In this document: positions 8,419-19,092 of the stretch, in pieces | How positions within the stretch are numbered: the first letter of the stretch is position 1 | Layout: every line of letters starts with the position of its first letter | Assembly (NCBI GenBank): GCA_963606005.1 | Contig: CAVCVO010000054.1 | Coordinates: 1,988-65,987 of the forward strand | Length of the DNA: 64,000 nucleotides | Source: Anaerovoracaceae bacterium | Lineage (GTDB): Bacteria > Bacillota_I > Bacilli_A > Erysipelotrichales > Erysipelotrichaceae | Direction of reading: 5' to 3' | Notes under the pieces: model-generated | The model's input: the letters and a program-made list of their open reading frames with translations, nothing else | Told to the model about the DNA's origin: nothing | Database searches by the model: none | Made by a program: the position numbers and the translations under genes

Positions 8419-10044
8419 ATGCAAGTAAATGATTATGTTAAGGTTAAAGATCAAGGTATTTATAGTTGTATCAAAGAGATAAAAGGTAAAAGAGCAAAGC
8501 TAGATGATGACTCTTGGGTAAGTTTAAGTAAACTTGAATATATTGAGCCAAGAGTATTGACGGAAAATGAATTGCGTAATTATTTTAGGATGAATGAGTT
8601 TTACTATGAGTCTCTTAAAGATAATATTTTAGAGAGCAATTATGTTTGCGATATCATCTATACTCCTACTAAGGAAGATTTATTAGCTTTATTAATGAAT
8701 ATAAAGATCAAGGATATTGATCTTGGTCAATTCTTGCAATGGTCTTTTGCGACTAGTCTAACTTTGATAAATTGTTATGGTGTAAATGAAGAATCAGAAG
8801 ATGAATTAGATAAGACTTTGTTAAAAAAAGATGGTGATCTATTTGATTTTGTCTTTGATGAGATTGGAAATGCTGTTAAAGATAATGGTAATGATAAATA
8901 TTTTCTTATCGATATGTTAGATATTGATGAGCTTATTGATGTGGTAAGGACTCATATTCAAAATGAAAAGAATGGTGTTCGCGTTTATACTGAAAAAGAA
9001 AAAGATAAGTTTGTTACTTATGTTGATGAGAATAACTTGTTAAAAGATCTTGACGAAGAATATAAACAGCTTTATAAAACTTTTGTTTTAGATTTAGTTT
9101 CAAAGGAAAATCAGACTGGTATGGAAGCTTATGCTAGTGGTTGCTATGGTGGTAATGAAGTCTTTGAATGTAATTGGTTCGAAGCAAGAGATACTTATGA
9201 AAAATTATATGCTAAGTATGGTTATGCTACTTATGCTAATTCTTTAGGTTATATTTATTATTACGGTAGGACTAATAATGGTATTGCTCAAGATGATTTA
9301 GCTTTTAAGTATTTCTCAGTTGGTGCAGCGGCTGGTTTATATCAATCAAGTTATAAGCAAGCTGATATGTTCTATTATGGTAGAGGAGTAGTAGAGAATA
9401 AAAGGATAGCTATTGATATTTATTTTAAGTTATATTGGGATTGTAAGAAGTTATTTGAAAAAGGCTTCTATGATTGCGAGTTTGCCGATATTGCTTTAAG
9501 GTTAGGTACGACTTTTATGTCTAAAACTAATCCTAGTTATGAAGTGGCATACTATTATCTTTTACAAGCACAATTTGCGATCAACCTAAGAAAAGAGAAA
9601 GTAAATCTTTATGGTGATGATGTTGTAGAAAAAAAGATAACTGAAGCAATGGAAAATTGTCGTAAGCAAATAGATGTGGAAAACAAGAAAAAGATTGATT
9701 ATGAGGAACCATCTTGGATCAAAGACTTTATGGAAGATAACCAGAGGATTAAAGTTCAGATAAAGCGTCTTAAAAATGATAAGCTTAAATTGACTTTTAA
9801 AGCAATGCCAGATATTGATGGCGAGATCCATGATCATTTATTTACTTTTAATAGCTTTAATAGGTGTGAATTGACTGATACTATTGTAGCTTATGCTCAT
9901 GATGATCTGGGTAATGATCTTAATGGAGAGTACATCATCAATCATTATGAATCTGATGGTTATGCGACAAACTTCTACTATTATGAGAAGTTCTTGTTCC
10001 AAATAGCTACTGATGCTTATACGATCGTTGACAAGAAAAAATAA
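8419..10044 (+). CDS. Sel1-like repeat (SLR/TPR-type) protein
   Basis: The central region has Sel1-type repeats ('ANSLGYIYYYGRT', 'AFKYFSVGAAAG', 'ADMFYYGRGV'). ATG 8419 is preceded by GGAGGA. Confidence 0.55.
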   Translation: MQVNDYVKVKDQGIYSCIKEIKGKRAKLDDDSWVSLSKLEYIEPRVLTENELRNYFRMNEFYYESLKDNILESNYVCDIIYTPTKEDLLALLMNIKIKDIDLGQFLQWSFATSLTLINCYGVNEESEDELDKTLLKKDGDLFDFVFDEIGNAVKDNGNDKYFLIDMLDIDELIDVVRTHIQNEKNGVRVYTEKEKDKFVTYVDENNLLKDLDEEYKQLYKTFVLDLVSKENQTGMEAYASGCYGGNEVFECNWFEARDTYEKLYAKYGYATYANSLGYIYYYGRTNNGIAQDDLAFKYFSVGAAAGLYQSSYKQADMFYYGRGVVENKRIAIDIYFKLYWDCKKLFEKGFYDCEFADIALRLGTTFMSKTNPSYEVAYYYLLQAQFAINLRKEKVNLYGDDVVEKKITEAMENCRKQIDVENKKKIDYEEPSWIKDFMEDNQRIKVQIKRLKNDKLKLTFKAMPDIDGEIHDHLFTFNSFNRCELTDTIVAYAHDDLGNDLNGEYIINHYESDGYATNFYYYEKFLFQIATDAYTIVDKKK

Positions 10045-10054
10045 GAGGGGAAAA

Positions 10055-10087
10055 GAAAAGGGTTCACTGTGTAGGTGAGCCCTTTTC
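10055..10087. terminator. bidirectional terminator between convergent genes
   Basis: 13-bp stem GAAAAGGGTTCAC/GTGAGCCCTTTTC (one G:U pair). T-rich run on the minus strand downstream of murA. Confidence 0.65.
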
Positions 10088-10109
10088 CAAAGGAAGTTTT
10101 TGAAAAAAA

Positions 10110-11375
10110 TTAATCTATAATCTCTCTATGAATATCTGCTCCTAAGTTAGCTAACTTAGAAACGATATCTTCATAACCTCTATCAATGTGATAGATGTCA
10201 TGAATTGTTGTTGTGCCGCTAGCTATTAGTCCAGCAACGACTAGGGCTGCTCCACAACGTAAATCTGTAGCCCATACATCAGTTCCTGTTAGTTTTGTTG
10301 GACCAACAATGGTTGCTGATGGGCTATTGATGATGATGTTTGCTCCCATCTTATTTAACTGTTCGCAATGTTTGAATCTAGCAGCATAGATAGTTTCAGT
10401 TATAGTACTATTGCCTTTTGCTTGAGTTAGTAAAGTTGTTAATGGGGCTTGTAAGTCAGTAGCAAAACCAGGGTATGGCATTGTCTTGATATTAGCTTTA
10501 GTTAAGTTATTAGTAGCATTTACGATGCGTACTTTATCTAAATCTGCTTGTAAGTCAACACCGATCTCTTTTAGTTTAGAAATCAAAGATTCTAAATGAT
10601 GTGGAATGACATTTTCAATGGTCACATCTTTTGCCATTGCTGAGGCTAAGATGATGTAAGTACCTGCTTCGATCCTATCTGGAATGATCTCATGGAAACA
10701 ACCTTTTAGTTTTTCTACACCTCTGATGGTGATCCTACTTGTTCCACCTCCGGAGATGTTTGCTCCCATTTCATTTAATAAAGTGATGCAATCGATGATC
10801 TCTGGTTCTCTTGCAGCATTTTCAATGATCGTTTCTCCTTCAGCATAGACAGCTGCCATTAAGATATTGATAGTTGCTCCTACTGAAGCAAAGTCTAGGT
10901 ATATTCTTGTTCCGATTAGTCTATCGGCTGTTAGTATATAATTGTCATCTCTATATTCAATATTTGCTCCTAAGGCTTCAAAACCTTTTAAGTGTAGGTC
11001 TATTGGTCTAGGACCTAAGTTACAGCCTCCTGGCATTTTGATTGAGACATGTTTGTATTTTCCAAGTAAGGCACCCATGAAGTAGTAAGAAGCTCTTAGC
11101 TTACTTACGGCATCGATCATTAATGGCTTATTGATCATCTCGCTAGGATCAATGACTATCTCATCAAGTGAAGGGGTAGTCACTTTTACATTCATATATT
11201 CAAGGATCTCTTTTAGGCTTCTAACATCAGAGATATTTGGTATACCTACAATTGTTACTTTTTCATAAGCTAATACTGCTGCTGGTATTAAAGCGACAGT
11301 AGCATTCTTTGCTCCTGATACTCTGATCTTTCCTTCTAAGAGATTGCCTCCGTTTATTTTAATAACTTCTTCCAT
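10110..11375 (-). CDS. murA: UDP-N-acetylglucosamine 1-carboxyvinyltransferase
   Basis: 'GKIRVSGAKNATVALIPAAVLA' and the active-site region 'PGGCNLGPRPIDLHLKG'. 421 aa. Confidence 0.9.
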   Translation of the reverse strand: MEEVIKINGGNLLEGKIRVSGAKNATVALIPAAVLAYEKVTIVGIPNISDVRSLKEILEYMNVKVTTPSLDEIVIDPSEMINKPLMIDAVSKLRASYYFMGALLGKYKHVSIKMPGGCNLGPRPIDLHLKGFEALGANIEYRDDNYILTADRLIGTRIYLDFASVGATINILMAAVYAEGETIIENAAREPEIIDCITLLNEMGANISGGGTSRITIRGVEKLKGCFHEIIPDRIEAGTYIILASAMAKDVTIENVIPHHLESLISKLKEIGVDLQADLDKVRIVNATNNLTKANIKTMPYPGFATDLQAPLTTLLTQAKGNSTITETIYAARFKHCEQLNKMGANIIINSPSATIVGPTKLTGTDVWATDLRCGAALVVAGLIASGTTTIHDIYHIDRGYEDIVSKLANLGADIHREIID

Positions 11376-11447
11376 ATATTTTTATCACCATAAATAGTAT
11401 AACACAAAAGTGGCCTTCTTATGTTAGAATAGTCAAGGTGATTTATA

Positions 11448-12605
11448 GTGGAAGAGAAAGTTAAGCAACGTTGGTTTTTCGTTATTTATTTTTTAGTCTA
11501 TTTAGCCCAAGCATTTAGCTTCTGTTTAATGGTGACTTATCTTATTTCCTTAGGCTATTCAGCAACGGAAAGAAGTATCATGTTCGCATTTGGAGCAATA
11601 ACTGGTATCATTGTACAATTTTGGTTTGGCTATCTTTGCGATAAGAATAAGACAATTAAAAGATATATCAATTATTCTTTTATTTGTTATTCTTTGATGA
11701 CTTTAGCCGTCTACTTGACAGGATTTAGGAACTTCTTTATGCATATCTTACTTGTTGGTACGATGCAGATATTCTTTAGAGTCAATATCGGTTTAGTTGA
11801 TTCTTGGGTACTTGAAAGTGGTGATTACTTAAAGGATAACTTTGGCTCAATGAGGGCATTTGGTTCATTAGGCTGGGTAGTTGGTAGTTACTTTGTTTCA
11901 CGTATGGTTGAAAAAGTGGGGTATAGTTATATTGGCATTGTATTTGCTTCTATACTATTAATAGCTTATTTTGTTGGTAAGAAGATACCTGATGCTCAAA
12001 AGCAACAGAGTGTTAAGCTTAAACTTTCTGATGTAAATATCTTATTTGAAAATAAGAGATACATATTACTTATTGTCATATTATTTGCGATATATATGGT
12101 ACAGACTTCTTTGGATTATGTCTTGCCTGATAAATTGAATGCATTAAATGCAACTGAGACAGAAGTCAGTTATTATTGGATGATCACAGGTCTAGTAGAA
12201 TTACCATTATTCTTTGCTGGTAATAAGTTAGCAAAAAAGTATGGTTATGTTAATCTAATGATCCTATCAATTGTTGTTTATGGTGCTAGATTTGTCATGT
12301 ATTCATTATCTACTTCCATATTACAAGTTATGTTGATCTCACTATTACAATTATTTACTTTTCCGATCATGCAAGTTGTTTCTAAACAATTAGTTGATAA
12401 AGAATCACCTGAAAACCTAAAGAGTAGTGGTCAACAAATTGGTGCAGCTTTATATAACTGTACTAGTGCTTTATTTTCACCATTACTTGCTGGAGTATTA
12501 GAAGATAATTTTGATATAGATGTAGCATTACTTGCGATCAGTGGTTTTGCTCTTATATCATTGTTATTGACATTTGTTTATAAAAAGAAACAGGTAGAAG
12601 CTTAG
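11448..12605 (+). CDS. MFS transporter
   Basis: About 12 hydrophobic segments in 385 aa. GTG start preceded by AAGGTGA. Confidence 0.65.
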   Translation: MEEKVKQRWFFVIYFLVYLAQAFSFCLMVTYLISLGYSATERSIMFAFGAITGIIVQFWFGYLCDKNKTIKRYINYSFICYSLMTLAVYLTGFRNFFMHILLVGTMQIFFRVNIGLVDSWVLESGDYLKDNFGSMRAFGSLGWVVGSYFVSRMVEKVGYSYIGIVFASILLIAYFVGKKIPDAQKQQSVKLKLSDVNILFENKRYILLIVILFAIYMVQTSLDYVLPDKLNALNATETEVSYYWMITGLVELPLFFAGNKLAKKYGYVNLMILSIVVYGARFVMYSLSTSILQVMLISLLQLFTFPIMQVVSKQLVDKESPENLKSSGQQIGAALYNCTSALFSPLLAGVLEDNFDIDVALLAISGFALISLLLTFVYKKKQVEA

Positions 12606-12650
12606 TTAAGTTACACTCTCATTGTTGGGAGTGTTTCTTCCAATGATGAA

Positions 12651-12893
12651 GTGGGTAACGGTAGATCTGATATCATTGTAGAGAATACTGATGGTAAGAT
12701 TGGCTTTGTAATAGAACTAAAAGCGATCAAAGATATAGATAAAATTGATGTTACCTGTGATAAGGCAATGAGACAGATTGAAGAAAAAGATTATACCTTT
12801 AGTTTACGTGAATCTAGAGTTAAAAAGATATTTGCTTATGCGATCACTTTCTGTGGTAAGAGATGTAAAGTCATTGGTAAAGAAATAAACTAA
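12651..12893 (+). pseudogene. 3' remnant of a PD-(D/E)xK nuclease-domain (AAA-ATPase-associated, DUF1703/PDDEXK_9-like) gene
   Basis: 'GNGRSDIIVENTDGKIGFVIELK' is the catalytic D...E-x-K core normally found at the C-terminus of ~500-aa proteins. Only 80 codons remain, opening right after the upstream terminator. Confidence 0.5.
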
Positions 12894-12999
12894 ATTGTAA
12901 ATTGAGTAGTGATCAATGCATATTTACTGATCATTACTTTTTTTATGGATTGGAAAGGTTGAAGTGCATAAAACCGGCTAAAAGATATTGATAAAATTA

Positions 13000-13028
13000 T
13001 TGAAATGTTCACTAGATTGGGGTAAAAT
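13000..13028 (+). promoter_or_regulatory. sigma-A promoter candidate for ptsH
   Basis: -35 TTGAAA (13000-13005), 17-nt spacer, -10 TAAAAT (13023-13028). Confidence 0.35.
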
Positions 13029-13062
13029 TATCTCAGAAGTGGAGAAATAGGAGGTTTTTATC

Positions 13063-13332
13063 ATGACTGAAGTAAAAGTAGTTGTTATTGATCCAGTTGG
13101 TTTACATGCTCGTCCAGCAACTGTTGCTGTTAATGCTGCTAGTAAGTGCAAAGGATGCAAGGTTACAGTTTCTTATAAAGGACGTTCTGTAGATATGAAG
13201 TCTATTATGGGTGTTATGTCTTTAGGTATTCCTACTCAATCAGAGATCACTATCACTTTTGATGGCGAAAACGAAGAGGAAGCTGCTAACACTATCGTTG
13301 AGACTTTAAAAGCTCAAAAAGTTATTGGTTAA
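13063..13332 (+). CDS. ptsH: phosphocarrier protein HPr
   Basis: 'GLHARPATV' carries His15 and 'KSIMGVMSLG' carries Ser46. 89 aa. Confidence 0.92.
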   Translation: MTEVKVVVIDPVGLHARPATVAVNAASKCKGCKVTVSYKGRSVDMKSIMGVMSLGIPTQSEITITFDGENEEEAANTIVETLKAQKVIG

Positions 13333-13344
13333 TTTAACAATTTA

Positions 13345-13375
13345 AGAGGAGTTGTTTAGTCAACTTCTTTTTTTT
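13345..13375 (+). terminator. intrinsic terminator after ptsH
   Basis: Stem AGGAGTTG/CAACTTCT (one G:U pair) followed by T8. Confidence 0.6.
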
Positions 13376-13421
13376 AGGCAAAAATCTGTTATAATGTAAA
13401 TAAATAAAAGAGGACTAGAAT

Positions 13422-15098
13422 ATGAATGTTGAAGAAAAGTATCTAATGTGGTTAAATCATCCGCAAATGGATGAAGATTTGAAAGAAGAATTAGCTTCGA
13501 TGAATGAACAGCAGAAGAAAGATGCATTCTATGTTGAAGCTCAATTTGGAACAGCTGGTATCCGTAATATTTTGGGTGCTGGTACTAATCGTTTGAATGT
13601 CTATACTATCCGTAAGGCTACTAAGGGTTTTGCGGAGGTATTAGTCAAGAAAGAGAAAGAGCCTTCGGTTGCGATTGCTTATGATAATAGGTTTAAGTCT
13701 ACTGAATTTGCAATGCAAGCTGCTAAGATCTTAGCTAGTTATGGTATCAAAGTATATTTGTATGATTCATTAAGGACTACGCCGCAGTTAAGTTACACTG
13801 TAAGGTATTTCCATTGTGCAGGTGGTATCATGATCACTGCTTCTCATAATACGAAGGAATATAATGGTTATAAGATCTATGATGAGAATGGTTGTCAATT
13901 AGTCCCTACTAAAGTTGCCAGTGTAATTGATGCTATTGCTAATATCAAGGAAGATTTTGTGGAAGAAGCTAAATTGACTAATGAACAAGAAAAGCTTATT
14001 CATATGATCGGTGAAGATGAAGTTGATAAACCTTATTTACAAGAAGTATTGACTGTACAATTACATCCAGAGTTATCTAAGGATGATTTTAAACTTGTTT
14101 ATAGTTCGCAACATGGAACTTCATTTAAGGCTATCAGTACTTTGTTTAAAGAGATTGGTTATGATGCTATCTATGTTAAGGAACAATGTTATCCTGATCC
14201 AGCTTTCACTAATACTTTAAGCCCTAATCCTGAGGATCCTAGAGCTTATAAGTTAGCTTTAGAGTATGCTGAAAAGAATGATGCTGATATTGTTTTGACT
14301 ACAGATCCTGATGGCGATAGATTAGGCTTGGCTGTAAAGCAAGATGGCAAGTATATCTTAATGACTGGTAATCAAACAGGAGCAGTATTAATAGATTATG
14401 TTTGCTCACAACAGAAATTACCTGAAAATGCTGTGTTATTTAATACGATCGTAACTTCTGATCTTGGTGAAAAGATCGCTAATAATTATGGCGTTGAAGT
14501 TGAAAAGACTTTGACTGGTTTTAAGTATATAGGTGATAAGATTGAGACACATAACATCAATAAAGATAAGAAGTTCATCTTCGGTTATGAAGAGAGTTAT
14601 GGCTATTTGATCAAAGATTTTGTTAGAGATAAGGATGCTAACCAATCATGTGTATTGATTGCTGAATGTGCTAACTATTATAAGAAACAAGGTAAAACTT
14701 TATATGATGTTTTATTAGATCTATATAAGAAGTATGGTACTTATTTAGAAAGTCAGAAGTCTATCACATTTGCTGGGGCTGATGGTAGTGATAAGATGAA
14801 GCAATTATTAGCTAAGTTACGTCAAGAAAAACCTAATAATATAGCTGGCGAGAAAGTTGTCAGATATGAAGATTATGGCACTCAAAAAGCTTATGAGAAT
14901 GGCAATGAAAGTGATATTGTTGGTTTTGATAAGAGCGATGTTTTGAAATATTTCTTAGAAGATGGATCTTGGATTGCTGTTAGACCTTCAGGAACAGAGC
15001 CTAAGTGTAAGTTCTATTTCTGCATTAAAGGTAAAGATCAAGATGATGTCAATGCTAAACAAGATAAATACTACAAAGCAATTGATGCGATGATCTAG
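13422..15098 (+). CDS. pgcA: alpha-phosphoglucomutase / phosphomannomutase family
   Basis: 'ITASHNTKEYNGYK' is the phosphoserine loop and 'DPDGDRLG' the metal loop. 558 aa. Confidence 0.85.
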   Translation: MNVEEKYLMWLNHPQMDEDLKEELASMNEQQKKDAFYVEAQFGTAGIRNILGAGTNRLNVYTIRKATKGFAEVLVKKEKEPSVAIAYDNRFKSTEFAMQAAKILASYGIKVYLYDSLRTTPQLSYTVRYFHCAGGIMITASHNTKEYNGYKIYDENGCQLVPTKVASVIDAIANIKEDFVEEAKLTNEQEKLIHMIGEDEVDKPYLQEVLTVQLHPELSKDDFKLVYSSQHGTSFKAISTLFKEIGYDAIYVKEQCYPDPAFTNTLSPNPEDPRAYKLALEYAEKNDADIVLTTDPDGDRLGLAVKQDGKYILMTGNQTGAVLIDYVCSQQKLPENAVLFNTIVTSDLGEKIANNYGVEVEKTLTGFKYIGDKIETHNINKDKKFIFGYEESYGYLIKDFVRDKDANQSCVLIAECANYYKKQGKTLYDVLLDLYKKYGTYLESQKSITFAGADGSDKMKQLLAKLRQEKPNNIAGEKVVRYEDYGTQKAYENGNESDIVGFDKSDVLKYFLEDGSWIAVRPSGTEPKCKFYFCIKGKDQDDVNAKQDKYYKAIDAMI

Positions 15099-15109
15099 GA
15101 GAGTTGTAT

Positions 15110-16096
15110 ATGAAGTTAGGTATTATTGGATCGGGGATGATCGTTAAGACTCTTTTACCTTGCATCAGTAAGATGGAAGAATACTCTTTAGAGGCAATTG
15201 CTTCTAGAAAAGAGAGTACTATAAAAAATCAAGAATTGGCTGATAAATATAACATTAAGAAAGTTTATGGCGATTACCAAGAACTTTTAAATGATAAAGA
15301 AGTAGAAGTTGTTTATGTTGCTTTGCCAAATCATATGCATTATGCAGTAAGTAAAGAAGCATTGGAAGCTAATAAACATGTAATATGTGAGAAACCATTC
15401 ATGACTAATGATTCTCAATTAGAAGAGTTAGATAAATTAGCTAAGGAAAAAGGTTTATTTTTACTTGAAGCTATCGCTACTAATTTCTATCCTTCAATAG
15501 AAAAGGTCAAACAGTCTTTGGCTTTGATCGGTAAAGTTAAGATCGTTGAAGGTAACTATGGCAAATATTCATCAAGATATACAGCGTTTAGAGAGGGCAA
15601 AGTCTTACCTACTTTTGATGTAAATTGTTCTGGTGGTTGTTTGATGGATATCAATATCTATAATTTACATATCTTGACTTATTTGTTTGGCGAAGGAAAT
15701 CATATTGAATATCATGCTAATGTAGCTAAGGGAGTAGATACTTCGGGTATCATCTTAGTAGATCATGATGATTTTAAAGCGGTGCTTGTTGGTAGTAAGG
15801 ATTCTACAGGAACTAACACTTTAAGGATCCAAGCCGAAGATGGCACTATTGAAATGTCTCCTAGTAAAGATGGCACAAAACAAGTTAAGATCATCTTAAA
15901 GGATAAGACAGAGACTTTTGTGGATCCTGAAGGGACACATTATATGTATTATGAATTTAAAGAATTTGCTAGGATCATTAAAGAAAATGATAAAGAAAAA
16001 GCTGAAGAGCTAATGGATCAATCAATGAAAGTAATGCGTCAAGCTACAATAGCAAGACATTATGCTGGTGTTTACTATCCTGATGATAATAAATAG
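15110..16096 (+). CDS. Gfo/Idh/MocA-family NAD(P)-dependent oxidoreductase
   Basis: 'MKLGIIGSGMI' Rossmann start and 'EKPF' motif. ATG 15110 is preceded by AGGAGAG. Confidence 0.8.
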   Translation: MKLGIIGSGMIVKTLLPCISKMEEYSLEAIASRKESTIKNQELADKYNIKKVYGDYQELLNDKEVEVVYVALPNHMHYAVSKEALEANKHVICEKPFMTNDSQLEELDKLAKEKGLFLLEAIATNFYPSIEKVKQSLALIGKVKIVEGNYGKYSSRYTAFREGKVLPTFDVNCSGGCLMDINIYNLHILTYLFGEGNHIEYHANVAKGVDTSGIILVDHDDFKAVLVGSKDSTGTNTLRIQAEDGTIEMSPSKDGTKQVKIILKDKTETFVDPEGTHYMYYEFKEFARIIKENDKEKAEELMDQSMKVMRQATIARHYAGVYYPDDNK

Positions 16097-16102
16097 TAAT
16101 TT

Positions 16103-16738
16103 ATGATATTAGGGATAATAATCTTATTAGTTATAGTCATTTACTGGTTTATTTTTGAAAAAGGTGGTAGGACACCGATTCAGGAAAAAAGAGGTAAAGA
16201 AGGGGAAGAAACTTGTACTCAGAAGTTAAGTAGATTATTAGAAGATGATGAGTATCTTTTGACTAATCTACTTATACCTACGGGTAGAGATCGTAAAACG
16301 GAAATAGATGCTGTATTGATATCTCGTAAAGGTGCTTTCTGTATTGAAATTAAAAATTGGGTAGGTCATATCAGTGGCAAACAAGAAGATGAATATTGGT
16401 GGCAACAATATGATGATCCAAGAAAGCAAGATAAAAAGCATCGTAACCCTTATTTACAGAACGAAAAACATTGTGATAAGTTGTATAAAATATTTAAAGG
16501 TAAATATAAATTTGAAAATATCGTTTTGTTTCCTCAAATTGAAGATAGGAGCAATTTGTATTCTGATGCAACCTTTGATCTAAATGAGTTTATAAGAAGC
16601 TATCGAAGATTAGAGAATACTTCTTTAAAGTATCACCAGATCAAAGAGATTTATGAAAGATTAAAAATATATCAGCCAACTGAAGAAGAATTAAAAGAAT
16701 TTAAACAGCAGATATCAATGAAATATAAGAATGATTAG
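16103..16738 (+). CDS. NERD (nuclease-related domain) protein with N-terminal membrane anchor
   Basis: 'EIDAVLISRKGAFCIEIKNW' is a NERD/PD-(D/E)xK-like core. The N-terminus 'MILGIIILLVIVIYWFIF' is hydrophobic. It starts 7 nt after the previous stop. Confidence 0.6.
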   Translation: MILGIIILLVIVIYWFIFEKGGRTPIQEKRGKEGEETCTQKLSRLLEDDEYLLTNLLIPTGRDRKTEIDAVLISRKGAFCIEIKNWVGHISGKQEDEYWWQQYDDPRKQDKKHRNPYLQNEKHCDKLYKIFKGKYKFENIVLFPQIEDRSNLYSDATFDLNEFIRSYRRLENTSLKYHQIKEIYERLKIYQPTEEELKEFKQQISMKYKND

Positions 16739-16747
16739 GAGGTAAAA

Positions 16748-19084
16748 ATGAAGTGGCAAGAGAATAAAGAACCATTATATAAAATATATGGGATCAATCT
16801 AGAAGAGTGTAAAGATATAAGGCTCAGCGACGAATTTTTATCTACGACTACTTGTAATAAATTGGCTCGTAGTGATGTTCGTACACTTTATGATCTAATA
16901 AAGAAAAGTGAATGTGACTTGAGACAACTTCGTAATTTTGGCAAGATGGCATTTGCTGAGGTAGATGAGTTTGCAAAAGGTTTGACTGAACCTGGAGTAA
17001 TTCAAAATTTAAAAGAGTTGTATGGGGATAAAATAGAAGTAAAAAAAATAGATTTTGCTAAGATTGTTGGTAATATTCCTAATAAGTTCTTGGATTTTTC
17101 AATTGGTAAGATATTCAAATATTCTAAAGCAGAAATGAGTCTTGAAAGCACATTTCCTTGTAAGGATCTTAGCTTGCGAGAGTATTTGAATACAAATAAA
17201 TTTGACGTGATAGATAGAGATTTTGTTGATGTGTTAAAATGGTGTTCTATTGAGCCAGGCTATTTTAAAAAGCAGTTTGAAGAGTTTTTTACTGGCGAAT
17301 ATCTTACTTTCAAGGGGCGAGAGACAATAAGATTACGTGCTAAGGGTAAAACATTACAAGAAACAGGCAATCATATTGGAAATACTAGAGAAAGAGTTAG
17401 ACAGATAGAGTCTCATTCTTGTTTGACATTCAGTGATTGGGCTGACAAACAGTGTTATATTCAAAAGTTATTCTTGTTGTTAGAAGTTGATGGTTTAGTC
17501 TTTGATGAAAAGCTCAAAGAAATATATGATGAAGATTATGAGATTGCTCATCATTTGCTAGCTAATTGTCGATTGTTTGGTAATTATCGTTATGATGTTA
17601 ATTTGCAAGCATTTACTGTATTGTATGGTACAGATGTAGATGAATTGCTCTTAAAAGTTAAGAAAGAGTTACCGAATATCATTTCTATCAAAGACAAAGA
17701 TCAAACTGTTGAAAAATATGCTAAGCAGAACAATTTTAGTGTTATTCTTATTGAAAGAATAGTTGATCGTGTTTTTGATATTCAAGGAAATGTTATTTAT
17801 AAAGGTAGTTATAAACTAGAAATATTTTATCCTTGGATCGTTAAAGAATATTTCCCTAATGGTATGCACATCTATAGCAATGATCAAATGGCTAAGTTTA
17901 AAGAATATTATAAACAAGAGTTTGATCTTGACTTAACTAATACTGCTGATCGTTCTATTCAATCAATTGTGGGAAGAGAATGTGCGTTAGTTGGTAGGGG
18001 TATTTACATTTATGATGATGGTAAACAATACTTAGATGAACAGTTAAAGGAAAAGATCATTAAGTATCTAAAAGATAATTTTAGTGATCCTAATACTACT
18101 ATCATCATGATCAATACGGTATTTGCTGCTTTTGAAAAGGAATTAAGAGCAGTTGGTGTTAACAATAAGTATTTCTTGCAAGGTGTCTTAAAAAGAGAGA
18201 TCAAGCAGGATGAATGGTATTATACAAGGGATTATGTGACTAAAGATCTAAATTGCACAACTATAACTAATAGTATTTGTCAATTTATTAAGGAGTCAAA
18301 AGTACCTATTTCTAAGCAAAAGATAAAAGAGAAATTTCCAGCAGTAACTGATATTGTTTTATCTTTTGCGACAACAAGTGAAGGTATCTTAAATTACTTT
18401 GCTTATTATTATCATGTTTGTCATTTAAAGATGACAGATGAAGAGAAGGCATATTTAAATCAAATAATTGAAGATTGCTTGAAAGAAGATGACTTCTGTT
18501 ATACTCAAACTATCTATGCTCATATAAAAAAAGAGAGACCAAAGCTATTAGAAGATCAATATGTTTATTATCCATATAGTTTATTCTCTTTACTACAATA
18601 TCTATTTAAAGATCAATATAAGTTTGATAGACCACTAATTGGAAGAAAGGACTTTGATCTAAGTAGCGTTAATTCTATCTTTGATGCTAAATTTAAAGAA
18701 GAAGAAGACATCGAAGTTTCTTCTTTAGCTTCTCTAGCAAGATCAAAGAGTATCATCATCAATAGTTTGATCAATCTGATCAACTCTCATAATGATACGC
18801 ATTTACTTGTTGATAAAGAAACTTTAGTGCCTATTAGTAAGATCGGCATAAATGAGCAAATATATAGTGAAGTTGAAAAAAAGATACTTGCTGAAGTCAA
18901 AAATAAAGATAGTAAAGCAATATCTAACTTAAAATGCATAGATAAACTACCAAAGATCAATTACAAGTGGAATGAATGGTTGATCTATAGTTGTGTCAAT
19001 AAGTATTCAACTGTTCTTGAAGTAGGATTATCTAACATGCGATATGGATATTCATATCCATTGATATGGAAAAGTAAGAGTTAG
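16748..19084 (+). CDS. large (778 aa) protein with RpoA-CTD-like HhH and sigma-70 region-4-like HTH modules; function unknown
   Basis: 'CNKLARSDVRTLYDLIKKSECDLRQLRNFGKMAFAEVDEF' resembles the RNAP alpha C-terminal domain. 'LRAKGKTLQETGNHIGNTRERVRQIES' resembles sigma-70 region 4. The remaining ~550 aa are unrecognised. AGGAGG RBS. Confidence 0.5.
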   Translation: MKWQENKEPLYKIYGINLEECKDIRLSDEFLSTTTCNKLARSDVRTLYDLIKKSECDLRQLRNFGKMAFAEVDEFAKGLTEPGVIQNLKELYGDKIEVKKIDFAKIVGNIPNKFLDFSIGKIFKYSKAEMSLESTFPCKDLSLREYLNTNKFDVIDRDFVDVLKWCSIEPGYFKKQFEEFFTGEYLTFKGRETIRLRAKGKTLQETGNHIGNTRERVRQIESHSCLTFSDWADKQCYIQKLFLLLEVDGLVFDEKLKEIYDEDYEIAHHLLANCRLFGNYRYDVNLQAFTVLYGTDVDELLLKVKKELPNIISIKDKDQTVEKYAKQNNFSVILIERIVDRVFDIQGNVIYKGSYKLEIFYPWIVKEYFPNGMHIYSNDQMAKFKEYYKQEFDLDLTNTADRSIQSIVGRECALVGRGIYIYDDGKQYLDEQLKEKIIKYLKDNFSDPNTTIIMINTVFAAFEKELRAVGVNNKYFLQGVLKREIKQDEWYYTRDYVTKDLNCTTITNSICQFIKESKVPISKQKIKEKFPAVTDIVLSFATTSEGILNYFAYYYHVCHLKMTDEEKAYLNQIIEDCLKEDDFCYTQTIYAHIKKERPKLLEDQYVYYPYSLFSLLQYLFKDQYKFDRPLIGRKDFDLSSVNSIFDAKFKEEEDIEVSSLASLARSKSIIINSLINLINSHNDTHLLVDKETLVPISKIGINEQIYSEVEKKILAEVKNKDSKAISNLKCIDKLPKINYKWNEWLIYSCVNKYSTVLEVGLSNMRYGYSYPLIWKSKS

Positions 19085-19092
19085 AAAAGATA

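Noticed and set aside
12978-13160. 60-aa minus-strand ORF across the ptsH start.
   Set aside because: It is antisense to the highly conserved HPr N-terminus, and it has no RBS or promoter.
16374-16583. 69-aa same-strand ORF inside the NERD gene.
   Set aside because: It is an alternative frame of a gene with recognisable NERD motifs. It is low-complexity and has no RBS.
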